A stretch of 62,862 nucleotides of DNA, filler included, from Welwitschia mirabilis (Eukaryota), in the NCBI GenBank assembly GCA_051453625.1. It is 5 parts of one record of this genome, joined end to end, with 100 filler letters (N's around TTAATTAATTAA, not from the genome) between each part and the next. Parts side by side here need not be neighbours in the genome. Positions count along the whole stretch, not along the records: positions 1 to 18,428 come from JBOZIK010000001.1; positions 18,529 to 40,340 come from JBOZIK010000001.1; 3 more parts are not named here. One strand, 5' to 3'. Shown piece after piece: positions 13,001 through 26,400 of the stretch. The translations under genes were made by a program, and so were the position numbers. Under the pieces are notes generated by a model that worked only from the letters and a program-made list of their open reading frames with translations, had not been told where the DNA came from and did not search any database. Position 1 is the first letter of the stretch; each line of letters opens with the position of its first letter.

Positions 13001-14610
13001 TCATATGTTGGACTTCTTTTAAAGGTTGAACTCCTTTATCCTCCTCACAAAGTAAGTAAAAACTAGAGATATGATCTAATATTTTGATATCATCATCATC
13101 TTCTTCTTCATCATTCTCATCATCTTGTTGCATGTTATTATTTTCATGAAAAGGAGAAATGCAATCATTATTTCTATAATAGATTAAGAAATTTCCAGGA
13201 TTTTCATAAATGTATTCTTCATCTAATAAATGGATTTCAGGGATATAATCTAACAACTCAATGTCATTGTTTAATCAATGGTCATCCTTATCTTCATTAT
13301 TGAAAGATAGAGTTGAATTATTGTTGTCTTTCCTTTACTAATATCCTAATGAGTAGGATGTTGAACTTTGATCTAAAATTTTATTCTCCATTTAAAAGCA
13401 AGAATCATTACCCTTATTTCTAGGTTCCTTAAGGTAAGATAAAGCAGGATAGGTTTGAGAATGTTGTAATATAAGAGAACCTTGATTTTGTAATAGATTT
13501 TTTTGAAGGATCTCAACTAAATTTTCTAATTTTTTATTGGTGTTTTCTATGCTTTTGTACATTTAGTTAATCATTTCTTTCTTTGGATCATTTTCTTCTT
13601 CATAGTAGTTTATGAAAGATGGATGGAATGGATAAAAGTAATTATATAAGGTTGAATTCCTAAGATTTTCATTATTATTTCTATATGAAGTTTGAAAAGG
13701 AGAGGGGAAATAATAAGATGGTTAAAAAGAGGAATAAGCCCAATCCCTACTCTCAACATCATTTTGTGTTGTCATGTCTCTTTCGAAAACCTCTAAAAGT
13801 GTATTATCATTATAAATCTCAAAATATTTTATGTTTTTGCTTCTTTCTATAAGAAGTTTTCGAAGTGTTTTCTTAATATTATCCTCAGATTTTTTTTAAA
13901 TTCCTCCTTCTTTAAACAAAATTTTTTTTAAGGTTCCTTATATCATTATTTATTTTTGAGAATAACGGGAAAAAAAGAATCTAATTCAAGATGAATATAG
14001 GTAAACAATGATGGTCGAGTTCTATTCTCTTTAATGTTTTAAAAAAAATGAGCTTAAAAGAGATATGGTGTGCACCTAAAGATTATGTTCTTGATCCTAT
14101 TTTGAAGTCGACCAATCTTTCATTGATACTTTCTTCTAGTAGTAGCCCTTTTTCTCTGGTTTTTTTTTTTTTACTAGATTGGTCATGTCATAGTATCCTA
14201 TAATAAAAAAACAACAAAAAATAAATAAAAAATAACAAACTGTTATCTTGTCTATCATGGGGATGACAGAGAGGACAACGAACATAGAGACTAAAAAACA
14301 TAAACTTAATAAAGTGAAAAGCTGAAAATTATTAAAAAAAAAAAAAAAAAAAAAAAAACAAAGGCTGTTGTCCTCTTTGTCATCCAAATGACAAAGAAGA
14401 TGATAGAGTTTATGACCAAAAAACTGAAATCATAGACTGTCATCCTTACAATTATGTAGACAATGTTGTAATGCCAATTTATAGGAATTTAATAGTGTAT
14501 TGGAGTACTTTTATAGGACATTTATATAGGTTTAGATGCAATTTTGCTAATTATGGAGAGACGACAAGATGATCATGAAAACATGTAATTCTTAGCATAA
14601 TTATATTTAT
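10008..14610 (-). mobile_element. Internal region of a non-autonomous gypsy derivative: 3' UTR, integrase C-terminal stub, altered gag-like ORF, 5' UTR
   Basis: 10008-11640 aligns with 30634-32260. 11640-11815 encodes the integrase tail (KFNGQRLKNI). 12500-14135 is a broken gag-derived acidic ORF that includes ORF 12915..13256. No RT or RNase H motifs were seen. Confidence 0.7.
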
Positions 14611-14714
14611 TTCANNNNNNNNNNNNNNNNNNNNNNNNNNNNNNNNNNNNNNNNNNNNNNNNNNNNNNNNNNNNNNNNNNNNNNNNNNNNNNNNNNNNNN
14701 NNNNNNNNNNNNNN

Positions 14715-15725
14715 ATTTAATACCTTAACATCATTATCTAATAAAGGGTCATCCTTGTTCCTATTATTAAAGAGTGAGTAGAGTTATTGCTATCTTCCAT
14801 TTGCTCATCTACTAATGTATAGGATGTTAAAGTTTGATCTAAAATTTCATTTTCTATTTAAAAGTAAAAGTCATTATCATTTTTTCTAACTTCTCATCAT
14901 TTTCCTCAAGGTAGAATGAAGTAGAATAGATTTGAGAATGTTGTGTTGTAAAAGAACCTTAAATTTATAATAGTATTTATTGCAATATTTTAGTCAAATT
15001 TTCTAGGTTTTTTTGGTATTTTCTTATCTCTTTATCATATTATTAATTATTTTTCTCATGAAATCATCTTTTTTCCCATAATAGTTCATGGGAGATGACT
15101 TTTATTCATAGTAATGCATGGAAGACGATTGGGATTAATAAAAATAATTATAGGAGGTTTGTCTAAATGAGGTGAAATCCTTAAAATATGGAAACCTTTT
15201 ATTGTTATTTCTATATAAAGTTTAAAATAAAGAGGAGAAAGAAAAGATGGTTAAAAATAGGAAGGGGACCAATTCCTACTTTTAACATTATTTTGTATTA
15301 TTCTTCTCCTTTTTGTAAAAATTTCTTGAAGTGTTTTATTACTATTATCCTTATAATTTTTCAAGTTTCTCCTCCTTTCAACAAGAATTTTCCCAAGTAT
15401 TCTTTTATCACTAGTCATTGAAGAAATTAAAATTAAGAAGAATGAAATAAAAAAATCTAATTTAAGATGAAGATAAGTACATAGTGAAGATCAGGTTCTA
15501 CCCCTTTTGATGTTTTATTATTTTTTATCAAAATTGTCTAAATTCTTAACACTCAAAAAATGTGTAATAGATATTATCTTTTAAATTATATTTTAAAAAA
15601 ATTTTCTTTAACAAAATCAGATTTGAAAAAGTAAACTCAAAAGGATTATTATATGCACCTAGAGATTGTGTATCTAATTCAATTTCAAAGTTAATGATTC
15701 CTTCTCTAATGTTTTCTTGTATTAG
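14715..15725 (-). repeat. Diverged second copy of the gag-derived region 13260-14135
   Basis: Shared strings include gtaggatgttRaaStttgatctaaaattt, tttgagaatgttgt, aagatggttaaaaa and tgcacctaRagattRtgt, with many substitutions and indels. Confidence 0.75.
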
Positions 15726-15729
15726 TAAT

Positions 15730-16972
15730 TATTGTGGTATGAATTTATGCAATCCTGAAGTATTTCAGGTAAAATTATAAATCAAGTAACTTACAAAAAA
15801 ACACACACTAGTATAGATGGAGTTCATCTAAAGGTCATAATCCCAATGAAGGCACTAGGTTTAGAGTTAGAGAATTGATTTCTAATGGCTTTTTTTAGTT
15901 TTTTATCTTTTAATAACTAAAAGGAAATGAAGTAAATGTAATGCAATGTAAAGAGATATGAAATGAAAATGGAAATAGAATGAATTCTATTGGTTTCTAA
16001 TTTTTCTATTACAAGAACTAGCTCTCTATAATTTAGATCAATTAAAAAGAGTACTTAACTTATTTCTAATCAATACGAACTATGAGATATACCAAGCAGA
16101 ATAAGGAATGTAATATGAAATGAAAATGGAATAACAATGCAATCTACTACTAACTAAAGTTAATCTTGATAAAATTTTCCCTTATGATCTAAATAAATAA
16201 TAGAATTATCACTTAAACTATGACTAACTTAAACCATAAGGAACATAAATAGCATTGAAATGAAAAAAGTACTTATATTGATTCAAAGAACTTTATATCC
16301 ACTTACAAAAGTAGCAACACCTCAATGGAAGAGACTTGTTCTAACACCAAGGAAACTCCTTTCTATAGCTATTAGATAGATCTCTTATCTTTCAATCTTC
16401 TATCACAAGCATATCAGGTATAAAAGATGGAAATAGAAATGGAGGAGAAAAAGGGTATTTATAGTTTTATATTAAGGTTCTAGAAAATCAATCCTAAAAG
16501 TCAGAAAAGAAACCTTAACATCTCAAATGGATTGTTTGACTCCATTACAAAGATAATTCTTTCTAGCCATAGAAAAATAGTTGTCATCTTGTCCATTATA
16601 AGGACAACAGTAAAGATGTCATCCTACATCAAAAGGTACTTCATTAGCTTCATGCCCTAGTATCAATCCTATAGTTTCTATTCATGTTAGTAGTGTTGTC
16701 ATCCTACCTGTCGTGAGAACTATAAAGTGAATGATAGGTATCCCTATATCCAATATCAAAGGTAAGTTAGTCTTTTACATGATGAATTCTTCTTCTAAGT
16801 ATGCAGTTTTAGAAGAAGCTTGAGAAACCTCCAAATATGCTAAGAATTACATATTTCAATGATTATATTATTAGATATCCATAATCATCAATATTACATC
16901 TAAACCTATGTATATGCCCTGCAAAAGCACTTAAAATACACCTTCAAATTCTTACAAATTAGGATTGGAACA
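15730..16972 (-). mobile_element. Gypsy 3' LTR (subfamily B)
   Basis: Aligns with 47860-48686 and 52145-53949. Ends ..ggaaca, followed by tagcctctactt (PPT, reverse complement). Confidence 0.8.
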
Positions 16973-18472
16973 TAGCCTCTACTTAGCCTTGTTAATTCTT
17001 GATAAAGTGAGTGATCAACTATATTGCAAGAAAATTTGTTTAAGATAAAACAACACTAAAAAGATGTAAATTAAGTTTAATTAAATCATGTAAGAATAGA
17101 TATCACAAATAGATTAACTGATACAAGTGCTAAAAATATCCCTAAGCCCCATACTTAAGCATGTCGCTATAGAATAAATGAATGTTGTACACATATATAA
17201 ATCATAAAAATATAACATTGATAGCTTATGAAATGATAATGTGTATGCATATTACATAAATAGTGATAATGGACTAATGTGACAGACTTAAGTAGTGTAA
17301 TCTCAAAAGAGTGATGCATTTAAGTTCATTAGTCTAATCCATAAGGGAAAAGGATAAGATTATATATAGAATTCTTTTTAGATGATATGAAACATAGCTA
17401 CAAAAAAAACTATGGAAGTGTGCTAATATGATCCTCTAAGATAAAGTCCAAAATTTATTCAATTAACATGAAAAGTAATTCAAACAACCCATCATATATA
17501 TGTAACGTAAAAGCTCCAAACATGATCCCCCTTTTTGTTTTTTTATTTTTAAAAATTTGTGCTCAAAATCATAGAATAAATCCTAAAAAGTATCCTTATC
17601 CCCCACAAGAAAAGCAAGATGTCCCAAATTACACCAAAGATAAAGGAGAAGTATCATCCCGTCTATCATGGGAATAGTAGACAAGGGACAATAGTGATCA
17701 AATAGGCTATGTAGACAGAAAAGATAAGTCAAAAAATTTCAAAAAACAAGCAAGTACATAGAAAAAAAAAGAAAAATAGAAATAATGTAGAAAGTAAAGA
17801 AATAGCCTGAAAAACATCTCTATGGTAAAAAGTAATGCATGAAGAAAAATGTAAAAAGAGAGGAAAATGCACTATGTAGAAAGAAACAATGCTCAAAGAC
17901 TTTAAAAATGTGTCTAAACCCATCAGAAAAAAATATAGAACTCATAAAGTCATGAAAACTTATTAAGAATTAATCCCCTAGGGAAACACATCAACAAAAA
18001 ACTAGAAAAGTGATTAGATCCATACTATGATGCTTAAAAAGTATGGAAAATAACTTTGAAAGATCCAATAAAATAGATAAATAAAAATAAAATGAAAATG
18101 AACCACTATGAATAGAAAGAAGATTGCTTTTTTATTCTAAATTCTATCCTAAAAATTCCCTTGGAAACAATCATAAATCACTTAATGAAAGATGCATGAC
18201 AGTGTGTAGAAACTATAAAGTACCACTCAATTAGGCAATGATTATGATGATATCAAGTATGTCTAATGTTATCAAATAATAAATGATAAGATAAAAAGAT
18301 ATTTAAAATAAGAACTTACAAGCTACCATGTCAAAAAAATTCTAGAATCCAAAAGGTAAAGTCATCATGTGGAAGTATTAGAAATAAATTAATAAAAATG
18401 AGTCTAGAAAATAAGCAATGCCTTTGATNNNNNNNNNNNNNNNNNNNNNNNNNNNNNNNNNNNNNNNNNNNN

Positions 18473-18484
18473 TTAATTAATTAA
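18473..18484. other. Artificial scaffolding linker TTAATTAATTAA inside a 100-bp N gap (also at 40385-40396, 57614-57625, 59634-59645)
   Basis: The identical 12-mer, with stops in all six frames, is centred in 44N+12+44N gaps four times. Confidence 0.92.
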
Positions 18485-18528
18485 NNNNNNNNNNNNNNNN
18501 NNNNNNNNNNNNNNNNNNNNNNNNNNNN

Positions 18529-21500
18529 TGGCATAAATGATTTTAGCATCCATTAATTTTATGATTTCATTTTTAACAACTTGCTTAAGGGCTAGATTAA
18601 GTCTACATTGTAATTTTCTAATAGGTTTTGCATTATCCTCAAGGTAGATTTTATGTTGAATAATTGAGGTAGGAATGGCTATCAAATTTTTATGGGATCA
18701 AGAAATGCATTTACCTTAGATTGGAAAAGACAGATTAAACTTAATTATTATTAAGGAGAAATATTTTCATTAATTATAAAAGGTTTATTTAGATCATTAT
18801 TCAAAAAAATGTATTTCATTCCACTATGTAAAGGTTTTAGATTTAGATTTGAATTCATATTTTTATTTTCTATTAAATTTGTAGGAAAGTTCATTGTCAT
18901 CTTAGATTATCATCCAAACATTAGTAGTGGATGACCATCTTAAAAATATGAAATTTTAGTTTTACTCAAATGTTATTCTTCTACACAACTGATAGACTCA
19001 GTTTTTCTACTCTCCATATCGAAATAATCAATCTCCAAATGATTAAAATCAAGTTTATCTTCGTTAAAAACATTTAATTTATCTACTTTTAGTTGATCAT
19101 TAAATAAGGTTGATTTGTAAAGCATTAACCAGATTTCTTTAAGCGAATGGTGTTGTAAAAATAATGTTGTCTTTATTTCTTCTTCCACAATAAAATCATT
19201 TCCTAAATCATTTTTAGTTACATTAAATAATCTTATTAAAACCTTCTTATTTCTTAAATGAGACTCTATTAAGTCTATTCTTGTATCTATAATACAATAA
19301 GCTATTACACAAAAAGCTCTACCTAGAAGTAAAGGATAATCATTGTTATGTTCAACTTCTATTATAACAACATCAATTGGGTAGAATGCTTCTTCAATCT
19401 AAATGACTAAATCCTTAATTACACCTAAAGGCTTCCTAACNNNNNNNNNNNNNNNNNNNNNNNNNNNNNNNNNNNNNNNNNNNNNNNNNNNNNNNNNNNN
19501 NNNNNNNNNNNNNNNNNNNNNNNNNNNNNNNNNNNNTTCAATATCAATTAAGGATTTCTTAATTCTTTTATTTCCTTCTAAAGTGACACTAACAATTACT
19601 ACTTGTAGATCTTTGAACTTTGAACATTTCTGTAAAATTAAGTTGTTAATGGATTTTTCTAGGAAGGCTTTACTAGGAATGGTTCATTTTTATTTCCTTC
19701 TAATCATATCTTTTCACAACTTACAATACTTAGAGTTTTCTTGAAAATGCTTCCAAAATAGTAAATTGATACTTACATTTTTCATTAGGAATTTAACATG
19801 TTCATAANNNNNNNNNNNNNNNNNNNNNNNNNNNNNNNNNNNNNNNNNNNNNNNNNNNNNNNNNNNNNNNNNNNNNNNNNNNNNNNNNNNNNNNNNNNNN
19901 NNNNNNNTCCTTCTAATCATATCTTTCCACAACTTACAATACTTAGAGTTTTCTTGAAAAGGCTTCCAAAATAGTAAATTGATACTTACATTTTTCATTA
20001 GGAATTTAACATGTTCATAAAAGGTAGGATTTGTGTTTGATCTATCAAGCCAAGGGGTAGTAGGTTTTTTATGAGAAGAATTTTTCTTTTTGTTGCTTAA
20101 CGAATAAGGGAAATAATGATTTTCTAAAAATTTTATATTCTCTTCTTCATCATTTTTATCACTTTGAGATGTTAGAGCCTCATGGATGGGAGTGTTATCT
20201 TATTTTCACTTCTTATCAGTACCTTATAATCTTTCTTAACTTTATTTGGATTTGGTAAAGGTTAAGTGGCAAGTGATCTTTGTATTCTTTGATTAGTAAG
20301 CATGGTTTTTTACAAAATACTCACAAGATTTTCAATGATGGAATTTGTTCTTTCTTGTATTTTTCTTAATTCGTCAATAGAATTTCTAAGTGGATCACCT
20401 TGGTTTTGTGAGTTGGATGAGCTTGCTTGATTATTTGACTTATTTGATTAGAAATTTATATTCTTAAATATCTTTTTAAATGGTTAAAAGTTAGAATGAT
20501 TTGTTTAAAATTTTTTAAAGTTGGTTTTTCCATTTATTCTAGGTTGAAAATTGTTGTGATTTTATATTTGACTTTGTTTTTGGTTTTGGTTGAAGTTTAA
20601 AAACCTTTAGTTGAAAGCACACATTTCTTCATAAATTATTTATTTGTATGTTGGAAGTAAAGATCACTCTTTGATAACATGGTAGTTATATTTACATAAG
20701 TCACAAGTTGGAGCTAGAACTACACTCTTCTCTATAGCCACCTTTACATCTAAAATCATTTAAGTGTATTTTTATAAAGTTGATGTAAAATATTTAATGA
20801 CTTTTATTAGTTTATTTTCAGTTCTTATTTCTTATTTTTCTTGCTTAACTTTCTTAAGATCTTTAATGATTGGACCTACAATTTAATTTTCTCTAGATGA
20901 GGATTTAGGCCAAGTTTTACTTACTTATACTTACTATTCCAACACTTTCCAAGCATTTTCTAAAGTAAGGTTCAGTAAATTTCCTCCACACGAAAAATCA
21001 ACTTGTTTCTTTGTCTGACTATTAAGTCTACTATAAAAGTAGTCTACTAATTTTTCTTGAGAAAAAAAATCTATAGAGTTCAAATGTAAAGCAATGAAAA
21101 ATCTCTCATTAATAGAGGCATAATCTTTATTAAGCTATTGTTGAAAGTTGGTCATTTATTTATTATATTTTCTAATGATAGTTTTACTTATAAATCTCTT
21201 AATAAAAGCTTCTTAAACTTAACTTCATGATTTTGAATTTTTATAAGGAATTCTTTTTAATCAAATTTTAGCTTTACCTTTTAAAGTAATGGAAAAAATA
21301 ACCATATAATTCTTATCACTTATACTTTTTTTTTTACCATTTCTTGAAATGGGGACTAACTGTTTCATGTCAGCAATGTGTTGTAAAGGATCTTCATCAC
21401 ATTCACCACTAAAAATTGGATAAGGATTTATATTTCTAAGTTCAAAATCATCACCAAGAGGTAAATCAAAAGGGATTTGGATTTTACATTTTTTAATTAT

Positions 21501-21600
21501 CAATCAATTCTCTAAGTATTACATTAGCATTAGGTTTAATAGGTTTAGTCATAAGGGTTCTACTGATAAGAGGAGGACTAGGAAAACTGGTTTGCTTTTG
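18529..21600 (-). mobile_element. Degenerate gypsy gag, aspartic protease and RT N-terminus
   Basis: ORF 21261..21503 PIFSGECDEDPLQHI (gag). FSCGGNLLNLTLENAWKVLE at ~20940-21000. IIPLLLGRAF at ~19313-19345 (protease). ORF 18473..18685 IQHKIYLEDNAKPIRKLQCRLNLALKQVVKNEIIKLMDAKIIY (RT start), cut by a gap. Confidence 0.88.
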
Positions 21601-22177
21601 CTTTTGTGATGAGCTAGACATATTTAAAAATTGAAAACTATTGTTAAAATAATCTTTTAAAAAACTTTTTCTTGCAAAATCATACTATAAAGGAATAAAT
21701 GTTGAAATTTCTAGAATTTTTTAAACTTCTATACCTTTGCTGTGCATACTTAAGTTAATTTTGAAGTTAATTAAACCTTCTCAAATATCTTTCTCTATAA
21801 AAAATCGCTCTCTTTGATTTTTATTTTTCCTTACCAAATTTTATCATGTCCCAACATGCTTAGTTTTGATGCACAATTTGTTATTCCCATGGTTGTCTAG
21901 ATAATAATCTAGACAATAAAAACATAGAAAATAGGAAAAACAAAAAAAATGCGAAAAAAAGAAAAGTAAAAATGATAGATATAGAAAACATAGATAGTAG
22001 ACTATCATCCTTTTGAGTTATCTAGATGTCAGAGGAAATGATAGAAAAACCCTAAAAATTTTCTTAATAAATAGAAAGCTAAAAACTCAAGGCATAGAGG
22101 CTTTCTCTACTACACATCATCTAGAGAATGAATTAGATGAAAAAGATTTTATTTTAGAACACAAACTCTAAGCAGCC

Positions 22178-22196
22178 TTTTCTAGCAATGACACTA
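22178..22196 (-). promoter_or_regulatory. Decayed primer-binding site (tRNA-Asp type)
   Basis: Minus strand tagtgtcattgctagaaaa lies 3 nt from the LTR end and differs from the Athila-type PBS TGGCGCCGTTGCCGGGGA only by C>T and G>A transitions. Confidence 0.7.
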
Positions 22197-22199
22197 AGA

Positions 22200-23306
22200 T
22201 GTTGTAGAGTGTATTTATATAAATAAATACACTTAAGAAGATCTTATCATTTACAAATAAAATAGATATCTTGCACAATATAACATACTAATATAGATAA
22301 GAGTGAAGTTGACTGTTGTAATCTATCAAAGGCCTAGGCTACAAGAAAAAGAATTGATTTCAATAAGAAACACTTATGTATTTTAGTAAAAAAAATAAAT
22401 TGCAATGCTAAAAAGTGCAATACAACACACTTATGCATAGTTAATCTAGAAAGAAAAAGGAATAATACACTTAAACTAATAATTCTCAACCTTGACAAAA
22501 GTTGCCTTCATAAACTATATCACTTAAGAAACTATTACTAAATTAGAAGTAATATAAACTATAAGGGATAATTAATAATAAACATAAAAAATGAAAAATA
22601 GTTCTTTGTATTAAAGTTGAATCACATCCATGTTACAAAGTAGTTGCACCTTAATGGAGGAAGCATAACCCAACACTAAGAAAGAAATCTCTCTATAACT
22701 ACTAAGGATGAATCTCTAGTACTTTGATCTTCCATCATAAGAACTTCCAATGCAAGTGAAGAAAAGATAAATTCAAAGATGAAATCAATACCTATGGACA
22801 TCAAACATACAAATAATATAATAGATAAATAGATGTGAGAAAAATCCTAACAGCTGTGTAAACAATATGCAAATAGGAAGAAAAAGTTAGGTGAATGTAC
22901 AGTGGAGTGTTATAATAGATGTTGTTCTGCTAGTCATCTAGATGATACAATGTACGATGCCATCTCATAAGTATTTCATGTCATCTACCAAATTGATCAT
23001 AGTTAGCATCCTCATTAGCTTCAAGTGTTCTATCATCTGTACTATCATCTAGATGATGAGGTGAACAATAGGCTTTTTACAAGTATTCATCTAATGCATC
23101 AACCTCAATATTTGCAAGAAACCTATCTCAAAAATAGGAAGCATTGTGAATTTCTCTAAATTTTGCAAAATATTATGGAGATTGCACGTTTTTATATCTT
23201 TCATCTTAGCTCTTCATTATCATGGAAATCCAACATAAACCTATCAAATATCTTGTAAAAATATTCAAAATACCTTATCAAATATATGCAAGCTGGCAGG
23301 GCAATA
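22200..23306 (-). mobile_element. Gypsy 5' LTR
   Basis: tgttgtagag.. lies next to the PBS. It is homologous to the other family LTRs (gcaccttaatggag, ttgatcttccatca) and ends ..ctggcagggcaata. Confidence 0.75.
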
Positions 23307-23449
23307 ATATTCTTATGTCTAATCCACTAGTACCCTTAATTAATTATTTTATAATTAATTTTATTAATTATATGCTTATTGGTAATCATGTGATTTATTA
23401 TTTCATTACTCCAATGATTAATAAATGCTATTAAAATTGTGATTCCAAG

Positions 23450-26400
23450 TAAATGAAAATAAAAATAAAAGAGAAAATAAAATAAAAGATATGTTAACCC
23501 TCCTAAAAAATATATCGTTATGTTCTACTACATGCACAAGAAGGGCCTAGTAGTATGACATGATAGCTATAAGAACATTACTAAAGGATTAATTAATCAT
23601 GATTTAGCCTTGATTATGGATTCTCATTCTCTTAGTAGTGGTTGCACTCTCCTCATCATGAATAATTGTATTTACCAATAGCCCACTTGATTGAAATCAT
23701 TTCAAGGCAAAAATCCTTGAAAAAGGTTTAGTATATTGGTCATTAGATGATGTTCTAACCAAAGTACTATAGTTACTCAAAGCTAAATATGGATTGAATT
23801 ATAGTTCAAACATTAATTAATACTTTTCTAAATAATCTTTGCATATTGATCCTTTTACTACCATATATGATAAACTATGTTATTGTTACAATGGATTATA
23901 CATTTTTACATCAAGTAGCCTTATAATTTCCTCTAAGGAATATTTCTAGCTTAAAATTTAGGATAAATAAGTTAATCTTCTCCTTATTCCATGTTATTCA
24001 TTTTTAATTTTTGATATTCTTACTAGAAAATTAGTCTTTTTAAAGTCATACTTTACTCTTCCATAAACAACAGTAAGAACTTTATCATTTTCTAGTCTTC
24101 TTATTTAAAATTCCTGAGTCCTAGTGTATCATAACCAAACCCTTAACCATTTTTCTTGTGATCATAGATACTTATCTTAATATGGTCTCCTTGAATGTTT
24201 TAAACATGCTATCATAACCTCTTTATCCCTCTCAAACTTCAAATTTATGTTCATAACCTTCCCTTTCTAATACTTCTTAAAAGTTAGTTACGTCAACCTC
24301 AAAACTATTTTCTAAAGGTATTGTCCATCTAGCCATCTAGACAACAAGATGAATGACCAATATTTGCTCATCCTTTCTTAATAAAACATATCCATTTAAT
24401 TTATGATCCTTTTTCACTTCTTTAGTTATTATTGAGGCTATCATCCACCATGTCATCTAGATAATAGCTAAGATCATAGCATTTAATATCATCTCTCTTA
24501 ATCTCTTATAATTATCTTGATACTATACTACATACCATAATTTTCTAATAAGAAATTCTATCTCCCCAATATTTTTTCCCAAATGTTATCTTAAGTCATC
24601 TAACCATACTATCAAATTTCACTTTCTAAGCTTAAGATAGAAGTTCTTTAACTTATTTGCTTATGTTTTTAATCCTATTTATTCTACCTTTTACCCAAGA
24701 TAGCATAACCAATTTTGACAACCTATCATATACCATGTTGTCTAGATAACAAGGTGAACGATGATCATATTTACTATTAATCATCCTAGGGCTATCATCT
24801 AGATGATGCATTGGATGAAAGTTGGGTAACATGGCTTTAAACCCCTCTACCAATTATTTTCCATTATTTTCTTTTATTCTCAAGTCATCAGATTTATCAC
24901 TTCTTATCTACTAGCATCCAAACAACTTCACTTTACTAGACTTCCATTCAAACATTAGATTTAAGTAAATTCTTCAAAAATGATGTGTATTTTTTCTCTT
25001 TGCATATTTTTACTTATTTCTCGTATTTCTCAACCTTTTTAATTTCCACTTTCACATGAAATGTCTAATTTTTTCTACTCATTATTTTGGCCTAAATAGA
25101 TTTATATTTCATCAAGTATTTTTTAAGAAAAATATATTTGTGTACTTTATGAGATAAAATTAGATTTTCTTTTTCAAATTCAAATTTCTCTCACATTGTT
25201 TAGCAAAATCTAGCTATGTTTATATTTAATATAATTATCTCGATGAGCTATATGTTTCTACTAGATCAAATTTTTTATTTATGCATTTCTCCTTTTGGAT
25301 TATTTTATGCCACCTTTAATATAAATTCCATAGAATTTCTATAATTTGCTATTTTTCCCTTATTTTTTTTGTACAAATCTAGATTAATTATTACACATAG
25401 AGCAATTAGAATGAAATTTTAAGATTTCATAATAATTTCATAAATTTTAAAGGGGCATGTTAATTTTTCATGATGGATATGGAATTACGTGTTTTTCATG
25501 TTAACTTTAATATGCATCTTGAGTCTTTTTAATAGGCTACATATAAGGCATAATCTAGATAGGTAGAGGTAGAAGTAGAAGCCTCTTCATGGACTACCAT
25601 AGGTCATATTATTACTCTAATAATTGAGAGAACTAAGTTAGTTTATCCCTTTTCTCATTCTATCAGATCATAATCCATTTAGATAGCATATCTTAAAGTG
25701 GAGAGGAACTTTAAAAATTTAAGGAGGTGGCTAGATCTAGAGGTAGATGATCAACTTAGAGAGCTTTAGTTGAGATGGATCTTAAATGCATGGGGCATTT
25801 ATTTCATTTCATAGTTCTATTAATTCTATGATTGCATGCATATGAAGGTGCAACGAGATGTAGATAACCATATGGTGGACATGATCATAGTGATAATTAA
25901 TGACCATGAGGAATCTATCTTTCCAAGATAGATCGTCATGGTGTTAGGAATAGGTGGATTAAGCAAGCACACATATACACTCAGTAGATAGAAAGGGGGA
26001 TACACATGCTTATGGCACAATGTTAGATATTTCACTAGATGTTGTAGGAGAGAAGAAAGGAGTACATATCACCCATATTCATCTGGCATACAGAACAATA
26101 CATAGATAGTTGATTTATTACATTAGTTCTTCATTCCATAATAGTCATGACATGGTTGCAAATCTGCACATATTAGTAGTATTTCATTAGAGGAAGTAGA
26201 TAGACCTAGCTTTCTTAATGTGGAGGAGGTTAAGAGCTATGTTGAAGGCATGTCATATCTAGATACTTGGCTTTCTATATTTACCTGTAACCATCTTATG
26301 ATGCTTTAACATTCCTAAACTAATAGGTAAGTATAAAATGTCAAACCTATAGACTTCTACATACTACATACAAGACAAGGGCATTTAGATTTTTAGAGAA

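Noticed and set aside
18473..18484. Perfect palindrome TTAATTAATTAA occurring four times
   Set aside because: Always centred in a 100-bp N gap. It is an artificial six-frame-stop scaffolding linker, not biology.
15730..23306. Single full-length element bounded by the LTRs at 15730 and 22200
   Set aside because: The two LTRs are quite dissimilar, there is no convincing TSD, and an artificial linker gap replaces RT-RH-INT. These are probably parts of two elements.
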